This document shows, one piece after another, positions 53,301 to 64,000 of a stretch of DNA of 64,000 nt. This DNA comes from Patescibacteria group bacterium (lineage in GTDB: Bacteria; Patescibacteriota; Patescibacteriia; Magasanikbacterales; GWA2-37-8). Below the pieces are notes generated by a model. It was not told the origin of the DNA and made no database searches. It saw only the letters and a program-made list of their open reading frames with translations. The stretch's first letter is position 1; each line of letters starts with the position of its first letter. The position numbers and the translations under genes were made by a program. Location of the stretch: positions 36,299 to 100,298 of the forward strand of contig JBAZUP010000003.1 in assembly GCA_041661385.1 (NCBI GenBank). Direction: 5' to 3'.

Positions 53301-54695
53301 ATGGCTAGCGCTCATTTTCGAATTAAATCCGGAACAAAAGCTAAGTCAAGCGCCAGCGCACATTCGCAATATATTATGCGCGAAGGCAAGTTCGAAGTTG
53401 ATAAAAAAGACATCGAAAATATCGGATATAGTAATTTACCGGAATGGGCAAATAAACCAAGTGAGTTTTGGCAAGCCAGTGATTATTACGAACGGGCCAA
53501 CGGCAGAGTTTACTCAGAAATGGAAATAGCGCTACCGAACGAACTATCACCTGAAAAACGATTAGAACTTGTAAATGAATTTTGCGAACAACAGTTTGGA
53601 AAAGAAAACACATATTCATTTGCAATTCATAATACCGATTCCGCACTAAAGAAAAATGTAAAAAATGCTCATGTACACATCATGTTTTGTGAAAGAAAGT
53701 TAGACAATATATATCGTGAAAAAGAAAATTTCTTCAAACGATATAACGATAAGAAACCAGAATTAGGTGGAACAAAAAAAGATCGCAAATGGACAAATAT
53801 CAAAATGCCAAAAATTGTCCGCAAGCAATGTTTCGATTTGCAAAATAAATATTTATTAGAAATCGGCGCAGAAAAATTACTCGATCACCGGACACTGCTT
53901 GAGCAAAGAATTGAAGCTTTGCAAAACGGCGATATTACAAAAGCAGAAAAATTGGATCGTGAACCAGAAGTAAAACTCGGACCAAACGCTCATCGCTTAA
54001 AACGAGAAGTTATCGAAATAAAAAGAAACGTTTCCACAAAAGACGAATATGAAAAAAAGAAAGAAGAATATTATGAAAAACAAAAACCAGACGTAAAACT
54101 TGCATATTATATTCGGCTTAGTAATCGAATCGAAACCAAACTTGACGGCTTGGAAAAAGAAATCAATAAACAAGAAATAGAAATTATCGGTCCAAACAAA
54201 AATCACAAGAACTATTATTTAGCGAAAAGAAAAATGAATAATTTCAAACGTCAACTATCTCAGCTAAATTACGAAAAAGAAAAACTGGAAAACAAAATTA
54301 TCACACCTGGGCGAGCGCTAATAATGGCAAAATCAATTTACGAAAAACGACTTACAAATAAAAACATGGTTTTTGTTGATAACGAAAATTCGAGAAACCA
54401 AATTAAAAAAATTGCCGACGGCATATTAAAGAAAGATGAAAAATATCGCAATTTATATTTTGCGATAAAAACCGGCATCGGAAAAACGAACGAGAAAATT
54501 GCTGAATATGAAAAACGAATTGAATTTTACGGGAAAGAAATTTCGGCAGAAAAGAAACATATTTTAGAAAAACAAGCAACCAAAGGCAGTCGCCATAAAT
54601 CACAAGAGGGCAGTGGACATTTAAGCGCAAATTTAGATTTGGATGATGATATTTCAAAATCTGTAAAAGACTTTAGTCAAATTAAAGATTATTAA
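53301..54695 (+). CDS. mobA: MobA/MobL (MOBQ) relaxase
   Basis: AHSQYIMRE, ERANGR.Y.EMEIALP.EL, AIH...NAHVHIMF.ER. Confidence 0.93.
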   Translation: MASAHFRIKSGTKAKSSASAHSQYIMREGKFEVDKKDIENIGYSNLPEWANKPSEFWQASDYYERANGRVYSEMEIALPNELSPEKRLELVNEFCEQQFGKENTYSFAIHNTDSALKKNVKNAHVHIMFCERKLDNIYREKENFFKRYNDKKPELGGTKKDRKWTNIKMPKIVRKQCFDLQNKYLLEIGAEKLLDHRTLLEQRIEALQNGDITKAEKLDREPEVKLGPNAHRLKREVIEIKRNVSTKDEYEKKKEEYYEKQKPDVKLAYYIRLSNRIETKLDGLEKEINKQEIEIIGPNKNHKNYYLAKRKMNNFKRQLSQLNYEKEKLENKIITPGRALIMAKSIYEKRLTNKNMVFVDNENSRNQIKKIADGILKKDEKYRNLYFAIKTGIGKTNEKIAEYEKRIEFYGKEISAEKKHILEKQATKGSRHKSQEGSGHLSANLDLDDDISKSVKDFSQIKDY

Positions 54696-54720
54696 TATTC
54701 ATTAATATAAAGGAGAAAAC

Positions 54721-56592
54721 GTGAGATTATTTATCGCTGAAAAACCTAGTGTTGCAAAAGAAATTGCCGCAGTACTCGACAGTAATTACAAAAAAGAAAA
54801 CGGTTATTTTCGAACAAAATCCGGATTGGTAAGTTGGGCATATGGACATTTATTCACAGCTTACGAGCCAAAAGATTATGACGAAAAATTTGAAAAATGG
54901 TCACTAAAGGATTTACCGATTATTCCGGAAGAATGGAAAATAAAAGTCAATCCAAATGCAAAAGCACAATTCAAAATTTTACGCGACTTGCTAAAAGATT
55001 GTACCGAAATAGTTCACGCCGGCGACCCCGACCGTGAAGGCCAACGGATTATCGATGACATCATAACTTACACCAAAACAAAAAAACCGGTTGTACGTAT
55101 GATCCTGAATGCGCTGGATGAAGATAGTATAAAAACGGCGTTGAAATCTTTAAAAGATAATCGGGCGTTTTTCAATCTTTCAAAAGCTGCTGAAGCACGA
55201 CAACGATGTGACTGGTTATTGGGAATGAATGGTACAAGATATTATTCATTAATGGCACAAAAAAGCGGATACCCGCTAACGATAAATGTTGGCAGAGTAA
55301 AAATACCAACAATGAATTTAGTAATTAAACGCGAAACAGAAATTAAAGATTTTGTTTCTGAAAATTATTTCACAATCGGCGCGGAATTCAGCACGATAAA
55401 TAAAAATCCGGACACAATTTTTCCAAGTATATGGATAAAAAACGCAAACAAGAAAAATGAAAATATTGGCAAAGAAATCAACGAAGAAAATAACGAAAAC
55501 AAAAACGAAAAAAAAGAAATTCGCTATTCAGAAAAAGACAAAGATTACATTATAAACAAAATGCAATTAATCGGAAAAAATGCGGAAGGATTAATTGAAA
55601 ATATCGAAAATATTCCGAAAATTGTTCCACCGCCGTTGCCGCATTCTTTATCATCGTTGCAAGTGGCAGCCGGCAAAAAATACAAGATATCACCAAGCGA
55701 AGTTCTTGCAACGGTGCAGACACTTTACGAAAAAAAATACGTATCTTATCCGCGATCAGATTGCAATTTTATTCCTGAATCGCAACATCAAGACGCAGAA
55801 ATTATTCTGCAAAATTTGAAACTATATTTTCCAAAAGCGTTACTTGCTGACACGCGAATAAAAAACAAAAGTTTTGATATGACAAAGGTTTCTGCGCATC
55901 ACGCAATCATTCCTACAAAAGTGAGTGTTGATATTGACAAGCTTACTTTAAATGAAAAAAACATTTACACATTAATTGCAAATTCCTACATCGTGCAATT
56001 TATGCAAGCCTGGAAATATACTCACACCGTTTATACGATTTTATTTAATAATGAAACTTTTGAAGCAACGGGAAACGTAACCAACCAACTTGGCTGGAAA
56101 CAAATTTTAGACAACACCGAAACAAAAAAAAGAACAAATTCTGCTGCAGAAATTGTTCTTCCGGAGATGAAAAAATCAGAAAAAGTTCGTTATCTAAAAA
56201 CTACAATCAACGCCAAAAAAACCAAACCGCCGGAACGATATACGCAATCAACTTTACTCGACGCTATGCGAAAAATCGCAAAATATATCGAAGACGAAAA
56301 GCTTGCTAAATTAATGAAAGATATTAAAGGAATTGGCACCGAAGCAACCCGGGCAGAAATAATAAAATCACTATTGTCGCAAGGTTTCTTCGCAGAAACC
56401 GATAAAGTTCTTACCCCAACAGAAAAAGCCTATACAACGGCTGAGTATGTATCTAAAGAATTATTAATGCCTGATCAAACAGCGTTATGGGAATTTAAAT
56501 TAAATTCCATCATGGACGGAACATTAAAATCCGACGTTGTAGTACGAGAATATTCACAATATATTGAAAATATTTGCAAAGGAAACCAATAA
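54721..56592 (+). CDS. topB: DNA topoisomerase III
   Basis: IAEKPSVA, AGDPDREG, GMNGTR, SYPRSD, AHHAIIPT, GIGTEATRA. Confidence 0.95.
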   Translation: MRLFIAEKPSVAKEIAAVLDSNYKKENGYFRTKSGLVSWAYGHLFTAYEPKDYDEKFEKWSLKDLPIIPEEWKIKVNPNAKAQFKILRDLLKDCTEIVHAGDPDREGQRIIDDIITYTKTKKPVVRMILNALDEDSIKTALKSLKDNRAFFNLSKAAEARQRCDWLLGMNGTRYYSLMAQKSGYPLTINVGRVKIPTMNLVIKRETEIKDFVSENYFTIGAEFSTINKNPDTIFPSIWIKNANKKNENIGKEINEENNENKNEKKEIRYSEKDKDYIINKMQLIGKNAEGLIENIENIPKIVPPPLPHSLSSLQVAAGKKYKISPSEVLATVQTLYEKKYVSYPRSDCNFIPESQHQDAEIILQNLKLYFPKALLADTRIKNKSFDMTKVSAHHAIIPTKVSVDIDKLTLNEKNIYTLIANSYIVQFMQAWKYTHTVYTILFNNETFEATGNVTNQLGWKQILDNTETKKRTNSAAEIVLPEMKKSEKVRYLKTTINAKKTKPPERYTQSTLLDAMRKIAKYIEDEKLAKLMKDIKGIGTEATRAEIIKSLLSQGFFAETDKVLTPTEKAYTTAEYVSKELLMPDQTALWEFKLNSIMDGTLKSDVVVREYSQYIENICKGNQ

Positions 56593-56593
56593 A

Positions 56594-57286
56594 ATGGCTG
56601 TTTTTAATGATCCGCCGGTCAAATTAGGCCGAGAGAAATCCAGAGATGATATGTTTGTGAACGCCAGACAAGAATACGATAACCGGATAGGCTCGGCAAT
56701 TGTTCACGCCTATAACTGGCGATTAGCCTGTTTTGCAACAATAATTCTCTGCATGATATTGGCTTTTGGATTAATTTACCAATCATCAAAAGCAACAGTA
56801 CGACCATATGTTATCGAAGTCGGTACAAACGGAATAGCTAGAGCTGTAGGCATGGCCGATCAACAAAAATACACACCTAAAGCAATAGAGGTAAAACACT
56901 TCCTGGCAGAATGGGTATTGAAAATGCGCTCGGCATCCACCGACACGGTAGTAACTCAAAAAAACTGGGCAGAAGCCTATGGCGTTTTATCGGAAAAAGC
57001 TACATTACAAGTAAAAGAAATGATAAAAGCCAGTGATCCGACAACAATATTAGGAAACGGTTCAAGACAAGTAAAAATCATCGTAGTAATCGCAGTATCA
57101 GAAAAAACTTACCAGGTTCGATGGGAGGAAAAAGAATATGACATCGCCGGCGGCTTGAAAAACGATCAGGTATATACCGGAAATTTCATAGTTGAATTCC
57201 GCGAACTAACTGATGAAACGTCGTTGCTGCAAAATCCGCTCGGTATAGAAATAACCGATATTCGAGTAGCTAAAGATATCAAATAA
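56594..57286 (+). CDS. trbF: TrbF/VirB8 T4SS protein
   Basis: ARQEYDNRIGSA....NWR, PYVIEV, YQVRWEE, NPLG. Confidence 0.9.
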   Translation: MAVFNDPPVKLGREKSRDDMFVNARQEYDNRIGSAIVHAYNWRLACFATIILCMILAFGLIYQSSKATVRPYVIEVGTNGIARAVGMADQQKYTPKAIEVKHFLAEWVLKMRSASTDTVVTQKNWAEAYGVLSEKATLQVKEMIKASDPTTILGNGSRQVKIIVVIAVSEKTYQVRWEEKEYDIAGGLKNDQVYTGNFIVEFRELTDETSLLQNPLGIEITDIRVAKDIK

Positions 57287-57313
57287 CAAACCGCGAGAAA
57301 GGAAAATTCAAAA

Positions 57314-58141
57314 ATGTCAATTTTTTCAAAAACAATCACAAAAACTGCCGCAGCCTTGCTTACGCTGGTTCTAATTGGCGCAATTAACCTCACGCTAATA
57401 AATACGGCAAAAGCCGATGGTGACGTACCAGGCTACGCAACGGAAGCAACGCAAAACAGTTTGAGTTCGATGAATACCGGCGGAGCTTCAGTTTTTTACT
57501 ACACCGACGGCCAACTATACCGGATATACTGCAAACCCGGCAATCTGACCGATATACAGTTACAAGACGGTGAATCAGTAACTTATGTCGGCGTTGGCGA
57601 TACAGTGCGCTGGACGTTAGACAAAGCATCCAGCGGAAAAGGCGCAACCCAACAATGGCATTTATACATCAAGCCGCTTAAAGAAGGTTTAAAAACAAAT
57701 TTAATTATCAACACTGATAAACATTGTTATCAAATGGAAATTGTCAGCACCGACTTCTACAACCCGATGATTGCCTGGAGCTATCCGCAAGAAGACAAAG
57801 CCTGGTACAAAAATACGCCGATGGAAAGATTTTTAGGCAACGACAATGAAGCGGTAAAAGCGCCCGAAGACCTGAATTTCAAATACAGCATCGCGTCAAA
57901 TGGAAAATACGACTGGAGTCCGACAACAGTCTATGATAACGGTAAAAAAACCTTTATCAAACTTAATCCAAGCGTAACCAATGCCGAACTACCGGCATTA
58001 TTCATTAAAGATAAAGACGGTTTGAAATTAGTTAATTATCGGTACAAAGAAAATTGTTTTATAGTGGACCGGTTATTCGATACCGCTGAATTAAGAATTG
58101 GCGACAGCGCAGTAACAATAACCAAAGATAAGAACAAATAA
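57314..58141 (+). CDS. trbG: TrbG/VirB9 T4SS protein
   Basis: Signal peptide; TDIQLQ.GE, GDTVRW, VYDNGKKTFI, LVNYR, VDRLF. Confidence 0.92.
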   Translation: MSIFSKTITKTAAALLTLVLIGAINLTLINTAKADGDVPGYATEATQNSLSSMNTGGASVFYYTDGQLYRIYCKPGNLTDIQLQDGESVTYVGVGDTVRWTLDKASSGKGATQQWHLYIKPLKEGLKTNLIINTDKHCYQMEIVSTDFYNPMIAWSYPQEDKAWYKNTPMERFLGNDNEAVKAPEDLNFKYSIASNGKYDWSPTTVYDNGKKTFIKLNPSVTNAELPALFIKDKDGLKLVNYRYKENCFIVDRLFDTAELRIGDSAVTITKDKNK

Positions 58142-58149
58142 CCGGGGGC

Positions 58150-59523
58150 ATGATGAATAAAGAAGAAAAAATTAATTATTCAAATGAAGAACAAGAAGAA
58201 GAAATAACCTACATAAGCCCGCCAACAGAACAACTCCGGCCAACAGTGGAAAAAGACATTACCGAACCAATAGCCGCGCCCAAAGGTACAGGTTTTAATA
58301 AAAAAATATTCACGCTTATCGGAATAATAATATTGGCGGGCTTTTTTCTTGGAATAATAATTTCCGGATATAGCACCAAGAAAGGTGAAAAACCCCCGGA
58401 AACATCTGATGTCAATATTTCCCAAAAAGCCGTGCAAAACATGCCGGATAACATCAAAAACATGCCGAAAGATTATTCGGAAAAACAAGATTACGACAAA
58501 AAAATATTACAAAGCACCCAAGACCGAAGCCAAAAACAACCAACTCAACCAAAACAGCCAACATTTAATTTTCAAGATACCACCCCGCCGGTAAGCACAT
58601 ACGGTAACGCAGGAAGGTATAACCCAAGCAGCCCGCAGTACGGTAATTACGGCAGCGGAAGCATGCAGCTTCAACCACAATATGCCGAACAAGAAAAAGA
58701 AGAAACATTAGCGTTAAAAAGTCCGATCGGATTTTTCAGAGGAAACGAATCAAATACCAAAGGAACAACCGGACAGCCCGATTATGCGCAATCGGCATTA
58801 GGCGGGTTAAACAGTAACGGAACTACAAATAACCAACAAAACGGAACAAATAGCGAATACAACGCGCAAAACGCACAAAGCGAGAAAAGACTATTCACAA
58901 AAAACGCTGAAGCAAGTTTTGGCTACTTAAACGGACAACTTGAACGACCAATCTCGCGATTTGAAATTAAATCAGGAACAATTATTCCCGGATTACTTTT
59001 AACAGCAATAAATTCTGATTTACCGGGAATGATAACCGGAACAGTTTCTGAAAACGTTTATGACAGCGCAACTGGTAATTACCTTTTAATTCCGCAAGGA
59101 ACAAAAATTGTCGGAACTTATGATTCGCAAATTTCATTCAATCAGGAAAGAGTGCTCATAGTTTGGAGCAAACTTATTTATCCGAACTCCACAACGCTAT
59201 ATCTCGAAGCAATGCCAGGAACAGATGCAATCGGACAGGCGGGAGTAACAGGCGATGTTGACAATCACGGCTATAAATTAGCCGGCGCAGCGCTAACAAC
59301 AGCGCTCTTAGCGGCTGGCGCACAAATGGCCGCAGGCGGGAATGGTACAAATGTAACCAACGGACAACTGGCGGTATCGGGCGCAGCACAGGCGATATCT
59401 GATGTTGGGCAACAAATCGTATCAAGGGATTTGAATATCCAGCCCACAATCAAAATCGCCTCAGGAACGCGATTTAATGTATTTGTCAACAAAGACATGG
59501 TTTTGAGTCCGTATCGTGGATAA
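58150..59523 (+). CDS. trbI: TrbI/VirB10 T4SS protein
   Basis: GTIIPG.L.TAINSDLPG, LLIPQG, VDNH, NIQPTIKI. Confidence 0.93.
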   Translation: MMNKEEKINYSNEEQEEEITYISPPTEQLRPTVEKDITEPIAAPKGTGFNKKIFTLIGIIILAGFFLGIIISGYSTKKGEKPPETSDVNISQKAVQNMPDNIKNMPKDYSEKQDYDKKILQSTQDRSQKQPTQPKQPTFNFQDTTPPVSTYGNAGRYNPSSPQYGNYGSGSMQLQPQYAEQEKEETLALKSPIGFFRGNESNTKGTTGQPDYAQSALGGLNSNGTTNNQQNGTNSEYNAQNAQSEKRLFTKNAEASFGYLNGQLERPISRFEIKSGTIIPGLLLTAINSDLPGMITGTVSENVYDSATGNYLLIPQGTKIVGTYDSQISFNQERVLIVWSKLIYPNSTTLYLEAMPGTDAIGQAGVTGDVDNHGYKLAGAALTTALLAAGAQMAAGGNGTNVTNGQLAVSGAAQAISDVGQQIVSRDLNIQPTIKIASGTRFNVFVNKDMVLSPYRG

Positions 59524-61657
59524 GAAATCGTATCTTAAAAAGAAACTGATATTAGGACATATTTGCCTGTTTATCGGAATAATACTCGGATTAATTATCG
59601 CAACACAAACTTTAGTCAAAATATTAGGATACCACGAAATTTTTGGACAACCGTTATTCAAAATAAGCGCTTACAGCGTTTACCCGTTTTGGAAATATCC
59701 CTACTGGTATTACTATTATGCAAACCATCTACCAAAAGCGTTTAACATGGCAAACACCGGGATAATTATTGGATTTGCGTTAGGTGTTGGATTGGCTGTT
59801 ATCGGCAGATTTTACATCAATAAACGCTATTACTCCGATACTCACGGAACCGCGGATTGGGCAAGCATGGAAGACATCGAAAAAACCGGACTTTTAGAAG
59901 AAGACGGCGTTATTCTAGGAATGGACAAAACTGGAAAAAATTTTCTACGGCACAACGGACCAGAACACGTAATCTGTTTTGCACCAACCCGAAGCGGTAA
60001 AGGTGTAGGTGTAATAATACCAACGTTGCTTACATGGTTTCACTCCGTAGTAATTACTGACATTAAAGGCGAAAACTGGGCGATTACCGCAGGATATAGA
60101 AAAAACTGTCTAAAAAACAAAACAATAAAATTCGATCCTATAAAAGTATCAGAAGATGCAACAGCATCAGCAAGTTTTAATCCGTTAAAAGAAATACGAC
60201 TAAGAACAATGACTGAAGTTCGTGACGTACAAAACATTGTAAGTATTTTAGTAGATCCGGACGGCAAAGGCGACGGTGGTCCAGACGCACATTGGAAACA
60301 ATCTGCAGCAGTATTACTTACAGCGTGCATCATACATCTATTATATGTAGATGCTGAAACCTCACTAAATGATTTAGTAACATTTATTTCTTCACCGGAA
60401 AGACCATTAAAAGAAACAGATGAAAGCGAAGGCACGCTTAATTTCATGATTAATTATAAACATGAAATACTTAACAAAGAAGAACTCATAAAAAAACACG
60501 GCAAGGATTCATTATTATTATCAGAAATATATATTAATCAAATAGCAGGAAACAAAACCCACCCAATAGTAGCTGAATCAGCACGCGAAATGCTAAACAA
60601 AAGTGACAATGAATTATCCGGTGTAGTATCAACAGCAGTTACTTTACTTAGCTTATACAGAGATCCGTTAGTAGCACGTTACACAGCTAAAAGTGATTTC
60701 ACAATATCAGATTTAATGAATCACAGTCATCCGGTTTCATTATATTTATGTGTACCACCTTCAGATATTACTCGCCTAAAGCCTTTAACACGAATGATTA
60801 TTAATCTTATTATCTGTCGTTTAACAGAAAAAATGGATTTTAAGGATGGCCAACCAATAAAAAGCTACAAACACCGATTACTTTTGCTAATGGACGAATT
60901 TCCAGCACTGGGGAAATTAGAACTGTTTGAACAATCTATGGCATACATTGCCGGCTATGGCATGAAAGCGTTGCTAATAATTCAAGACTTAGCGCAATTA
61001 ACCAAAGCTTATAAAGCCGACAACGCCATTTTAGGAAACTGCCATATACGAATGGCATACACACCTAACGACATTAAAACTGCCGAATACATATCAAAAC
61101 TTCTCGGCACCCGAACAGTAGTCTTAGAATCAAAATCCTACAATAACGGCAACATTTTCACGCGAGAATCAACATCGATGCAGGAAGTAAAACGCGATTT
61201 ATTAACACCAAGTGAGGTAACACAAATTCCAGCTAATGTTGAAATAGTATTTATTGCCGGACATCCACCAATTTGGGGTAAAAAAATCAAACATTGGAAA
61301 GAGCCGATATTCAAAAAACGTTTGCAAGATCCCCCTAAACAAAGCGACAAAATTAAACTAGTCAAAAAGAAAGAAGATGTTAAATCAAGCGCGCTACCGA
61401 TAAAACAAACAGTAAAAATCGAAAAACAAACCGAAAAAACAATCATTGAAGAAACTAATACCGAACAATTGAAAGGAGACGAAACAGAAACTCAAACCAC
61501 AACAAATTTTCCGAAAAAAGTTTTTACACCAATTATTTACGAACCAACCGGAATTAGCGCCATTATTGAAAACCATGACGCAAACAACACAATCGAAATA
61601 ACTCATGACGAAGAAAACGAAGAAAACTGTGAGTATGAAGAAAACGACGAAGTGTAA
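59516..61657 (+). CDS. traG: type IV coupling protein TraG/VirD4
   Basis: HGTA.WA, APTRSGKGVG, DIKGENW, LMDEFPALG. Confidence 0.95.
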   Translation: MDKKSYLKKKLILGHICLFIGIILGLIIATQTLVKILGYHEIFGQPLFKISAYSVYPFWKYPYWYYYYANHLPKAFNMANTGIIIGFALGVGLAVIGRFYINKRYYSDTHGTADWASMEDIEKTGLLEEDGVILGMDKTGKNFLRHNGPEHVICFAPTRSGKGVGVIIPTLLTWFHSVVITDIKGENWAITAGYRKNCLKNKTIKFDPIKVSEDATASASFNPLKEIRLRTMTEVRDVQNIVSILVDPDGKGDGGPDAHWKQSAAVLLTACIIHLLYVDAETSLNDLVTFISSPERPLKETDESEGTLNFMINYKHEILNKEELIKKHGKDSLLLSEIYINQIAGNKTHPIVAESAREMLNKSDNELSGVVSTAVTLLSLYRDPLVARYTAKSDFTISDLMNHSHPVSLYLCVPPSDITRLKPLTRMIINLIICRLTEKMDFKDGQPIKSYKHRLLLLMDEFPALGKLELFEQSMAYIAGYGMKALLIIQDLAQLTKAYKADNAILGNCHIRMAYTPNDIKTAEYISKLLGTRTVVLESKSYNNGNIFTRESTSMQEVKRDLLTPSEVTQIPANVEIVFIAGHPPIWGKKIKHWKEPIFKKRLQDPPKQSDKIKLVKKKEDVKSSALPIKQTVKIEKQTEKTIIEETNTEQLKGDETETQTTTNFPKKVFTPIIYEPTGISAIIENHDANNTIEITHDEENEENCEYEENDEV

Positions 61658-61678
61658 ATAAATTATAAGGAGAATAAA

Positions 61679-62005
61679 ATGGCAAGCACTAAAACTATTG
61701 AAGAAAAACTAGCTGCGGAAATCGAATCAAGAAAAAAAAGTGACCAAAGAATCAAAAATTACAAAGAAGAAATGCGAAAAAAACGATCTCATCACCTATG
61801 TGAAGTAGGCGGCTTAGTTGTAAAAGCCGAATTAGACAAGATGGAGCCCGAAGTCCTTTTAGGCGCATTTTTGAAAATCAAAGAAATGATGCTTGAAAAC
61901 GAGGGTTATATCAAAGAATGGCAACACATTGGAATACAAGTTTTCGAAAAAGACAAAAAAATAAAAGATACTGAAGCAAAAACCGCAAAAAAAGCAGCAC
62001 AATGA
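61679..62005 (+). CDS. traD: TraD-family conjugal transfer protein
   Basis: RKKRSHHL.EVGGLVVKA.L...VLLGA. Confidence 0.75.
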   Translation: MASTKTIEEKLAAEIESRKKSDQRIKNYKEEMRKKRSHHLCEVGGLVVKAELDKMEPEVLLGAFLKIKEMMLENEGYIKEWQHIGIQVFEKDKKIKDTEAKTAKKAAQ

Positions 62006-63015
62006 CCAAACCCAAAATGCAAAACGACACACAGCTTACAAATGAAGAAAAACTACTACTAACAATGCTTGAATCTTCATTTGGGCCTGAAATCAACAAA
62101 TATCTTAATGATAATTCGGTAATTGAAATTATGGTTAATCCGGATAGTAAATTATGGGTTGATTATCTAGGCCGTGGCCGCGTCGATACAGGTATAAAGT
62201 TTTCATCGGTTTCAGCCAAACAAATTATTGAGCTAGTTGCTTCCGGTTCAAATTCAATTTGCAACTATGCAAATCCGATAATCAGCGCCGAATTACCCGG
62301 CAGCGGTGCACGTTTTCAAGGAATGTTACCGCCGATTGTAGCAAAACCAACATTTACTATTCGAAAAAAAGCAATTTTAGTTTATACCTTACAAGATTAC
62401 GTAGACCAGAAAATTCTGAGCATTAATCAAAAAAACATAATAATTAACGCCGTAAAAAACAAAAAAAACATGTTGATAGTAGGAGGTACACAATCAGGAA
62501 AAACAACCTTTGCAAATGCGGTCCTAAAAGAAATTGCCAAAACCGGTGACCGACTCGTGCTTATTGAAGACACATTAGAACTCCAATGCCAAGCAGAAGA
62601 CTATTTAACACTAAGAACTTTTAATAACGGTATAAAAGAAATTACTATGACCGAATTATTGAAATCAACAATGCGAATGCGCCCGGACCGAATAATCATC
62701 GGCGAAGTCAGAGGAGCAGAAGCTTTACCGCTATTAAAAGCTTTTAACACGGGACATCCCGGAGGTTTATGTACAATTCACGCGGATGGGGCGCTAGAAG
62801 GACTAACACGACTGGAAGAATTGGTTCAGGAAGCATCAGTAACACCACAAAAGAAAACAATCGCCCGCACAATCAATTTGATAATTTATATCGAAAAAAC
62901 CGTTACTGAAGATGAAAACGGAAAAATGAAACACGGACGAACCGTAAAAGAAATTGTCACAATATATCCGAAGATGACAACAGAAAATGAATATACTTAC
63001 AAATTTGAAGAATAA
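62002..63015 (+). CDS. trbB: TrbB/VirB11 ATPase
   Basis: GGTQSGKTT, IEDT.E, MRMRPDRIIIGEVRG, NTGHPG. Confidence 0.95.
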   Translation: MTKPKMQNDTQLTNEEKLLLTMLESSFGPEINKYLNDNSVIEIMVNPDSKLWVDYLGRGRVDTGIKFSSVSAKQIIELVASGSNSICNYANPIISAELPGSGARFQGMLPPIVAKPTFTIRKKAILVYTLQDYVDQKILSINQKNIIINAVKNKKNMLIVGGTQSGKTTFANAVLKEIAKTGDRLVLIEDTLELQCQAEDYLTLRTFNNGIKEITMTELLKSTMRMRPDRIIIGEVRGAEALPLLKAFNTGHPGGLCTIHADGALEGLTRLEELVQEASVTPQKKTIARTINLIIYIEKTVTEDENGKMKHGRTVKEIVTIYPKMTTENEYTYKFEE

Positions 63016-63026
63016 GGAGAATTAAA

Positions 63027-63380
63027 ATGAAAAATTCCAACTCAAACAGCACACCAACAACAACTAAGAAAAACTTCTTCAAAACACTTCTATCCAATTA
63101 CACCTTGCAATTAACACTGGTAGTAACAATTTCGACCATTTCCCAAACAAATGTTAGTTATGCTTATCCGTGGGACGGTTTCATATCAAAAGTGAAAGAT
63201 GAATTAACCGGACCACTGGCACAGGGATTAACGGTAATTGCAATAGCGATTTCAGGTTACGCTATGACAATGGGTGAACATCAAGGCCTTACTCAAAAAC
63301 TAATAAAAGTTGCCTTTGGCGCATCTCTGGCAATGGGTGCAATACAATTAATGGATTTGATAAAATCCAGCGCGGGTTAA
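63027..63380 (+). CDS. trbC: TrbC/VirB2 pilin
   Basis: Signal then PWD....V...LTGPLA, two TM. Confidence 0.85.
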   Translation: MKNSNSNSTPTTTKKNFFKTLLSNYTLQLTLVVTISTISQTNVSYAYPWDGFISKVKDELTGPLAQGLTVIAIAISGYAMTMGEHQGLTQKLIKVAFGASLAMGAIQLMDLIKSSAG

Positions 63381-63392
63381 TTCGAGGTATTT

Positions 63393-63641
63393 ATGGAAGG
63401 ATTTGAAGTACCAATTACTCGCAGCCTAACAGAAAAAATACTGATTATGGGGCTACCGCGCGAAGTATTTTTTATGAACGGTACAATAGCAGCCATTCTT
63501 CTCCTTGGAACACATCAATGGTATTTACTGCCAATAAGTCTCGTAATTCATATCATTGCCAGCCACTATACAAAAAAAGACACATTTTTCTTCGATTGCT
63601 TTAAACGCTATATCAAAAGAGCATCATATTTCGACGCATAA
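63393..63641 (+). CDS. trbD: TrbD/VirB3
   Basis: GFEVPI.RSLTE.IL.MG.PRE. Confidence 0.9.
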   Translation: MEGFEVPITRSLTEKILIMGLPREVFFMNGTIAAILLLGTHQWYLLPISLVIHIIASHYTKKDTFFFDCFKRYIKRASYFDA

Positions 63642-63653
63642 AAGAGGTTAATT

Positions 63654-64000
63654 TTGTTAAATTTAAGAGAATATCGACCAAAAAGAAGCCGGATAACAGA
63701 TTATATTCTCTGGCTGCTGATGTGGGAAGACGGATTAGTTGTTAACAAAGATGGAAGTATGCAAAAAACTTTCCGGTTTCGCGGTAACGACCTCGATAGT
63801 GCAACACAGGGAGAATTACTAAACGTTGTTGCACAAGTAAATAACGCCTTGAAACGCTTAACTGAAGGCTGGGTTATTTATGTAGATGCAATCCGTAAAA
63901 AAAACAACTACTACCCAAAATCAGACTTTCCGGATCCGCTTTCATTCATGATTGACGAAGAACGACGAAAACTCTTCAAAAGCGGTGTACATTATGAAAG
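63654..64000 (+). CDS. trbE: TrbE/VirB4 ATPase, 5' part (runs off window)
   Basis: TTG start; LNLREYR...DYI.W...NKDGS.QKT.RFRG.DLDSAT. Confidence 0.9.
   Translation, partial: MLNLREYRPKRSRITDYILWLLMWEDGLVVNKDGSMQKTFRFRGNDLDSATQGELLNVVAQVNNALKRLTEGWVIYVDAIRKKNNYYPKSDFPDPLSFMIDEERRKLFKSGVHYE

Noticed and set aside
53116-53529. 137-aa ORF upstream of and overlapping the relaxase
   Set aside because: Runs across oriT and out of frame over mobA; no RBS

Overview
Low-GC 64 kb segment of a large conjugative plasmid. The host is probably a diderm Firmicute such as a Negativicute, inferred from Firmicute-style RBSs and cargo alongside VirB9/VirB10 homologues. Every credible gene is on the + strand. 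The right end (47.9-64 kb) holds the backbone: ParA plus an RHH partner, an iteron origin with a Rep_3 initiator, a primase, an RSF1010-like oriT at about 53.18 kb, a MOBQ relaxase, topoisomerase III and an IncP/Ti-type Trb T4SS (trbF,G,I, traG, traD, trbB,C,D,E). The oriT orientation makes 1-53 kb the leading region. It carries about 90 mostly small ORFs, including RadC, two DNA methyltransferases, LigA, DnaN, SSB, PcfJ, MazG-like, SLOG and XRE proteins, a resolvase, four TA modules and three atypical tRNAs. Non-coding structure is rich: (i) two copies of an unrecognised structured RNA with a covarying kissing loop (34.45 and 35.94 kb); (ii) about 20 dispersed ACTAA/TTAGT palindromes at gene junctions, ending at parA; (iii) three 230-bp covarying hairpin repeats; (iv) at least 8 Frpo-like GTCAA...TTGAC hairpins; (v) a shared leader in front of two OB-fold genes. 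Seven leading-region proteins end in an ssrA-like -AA. Product calls come from motif recognition by eye; no searches were run.
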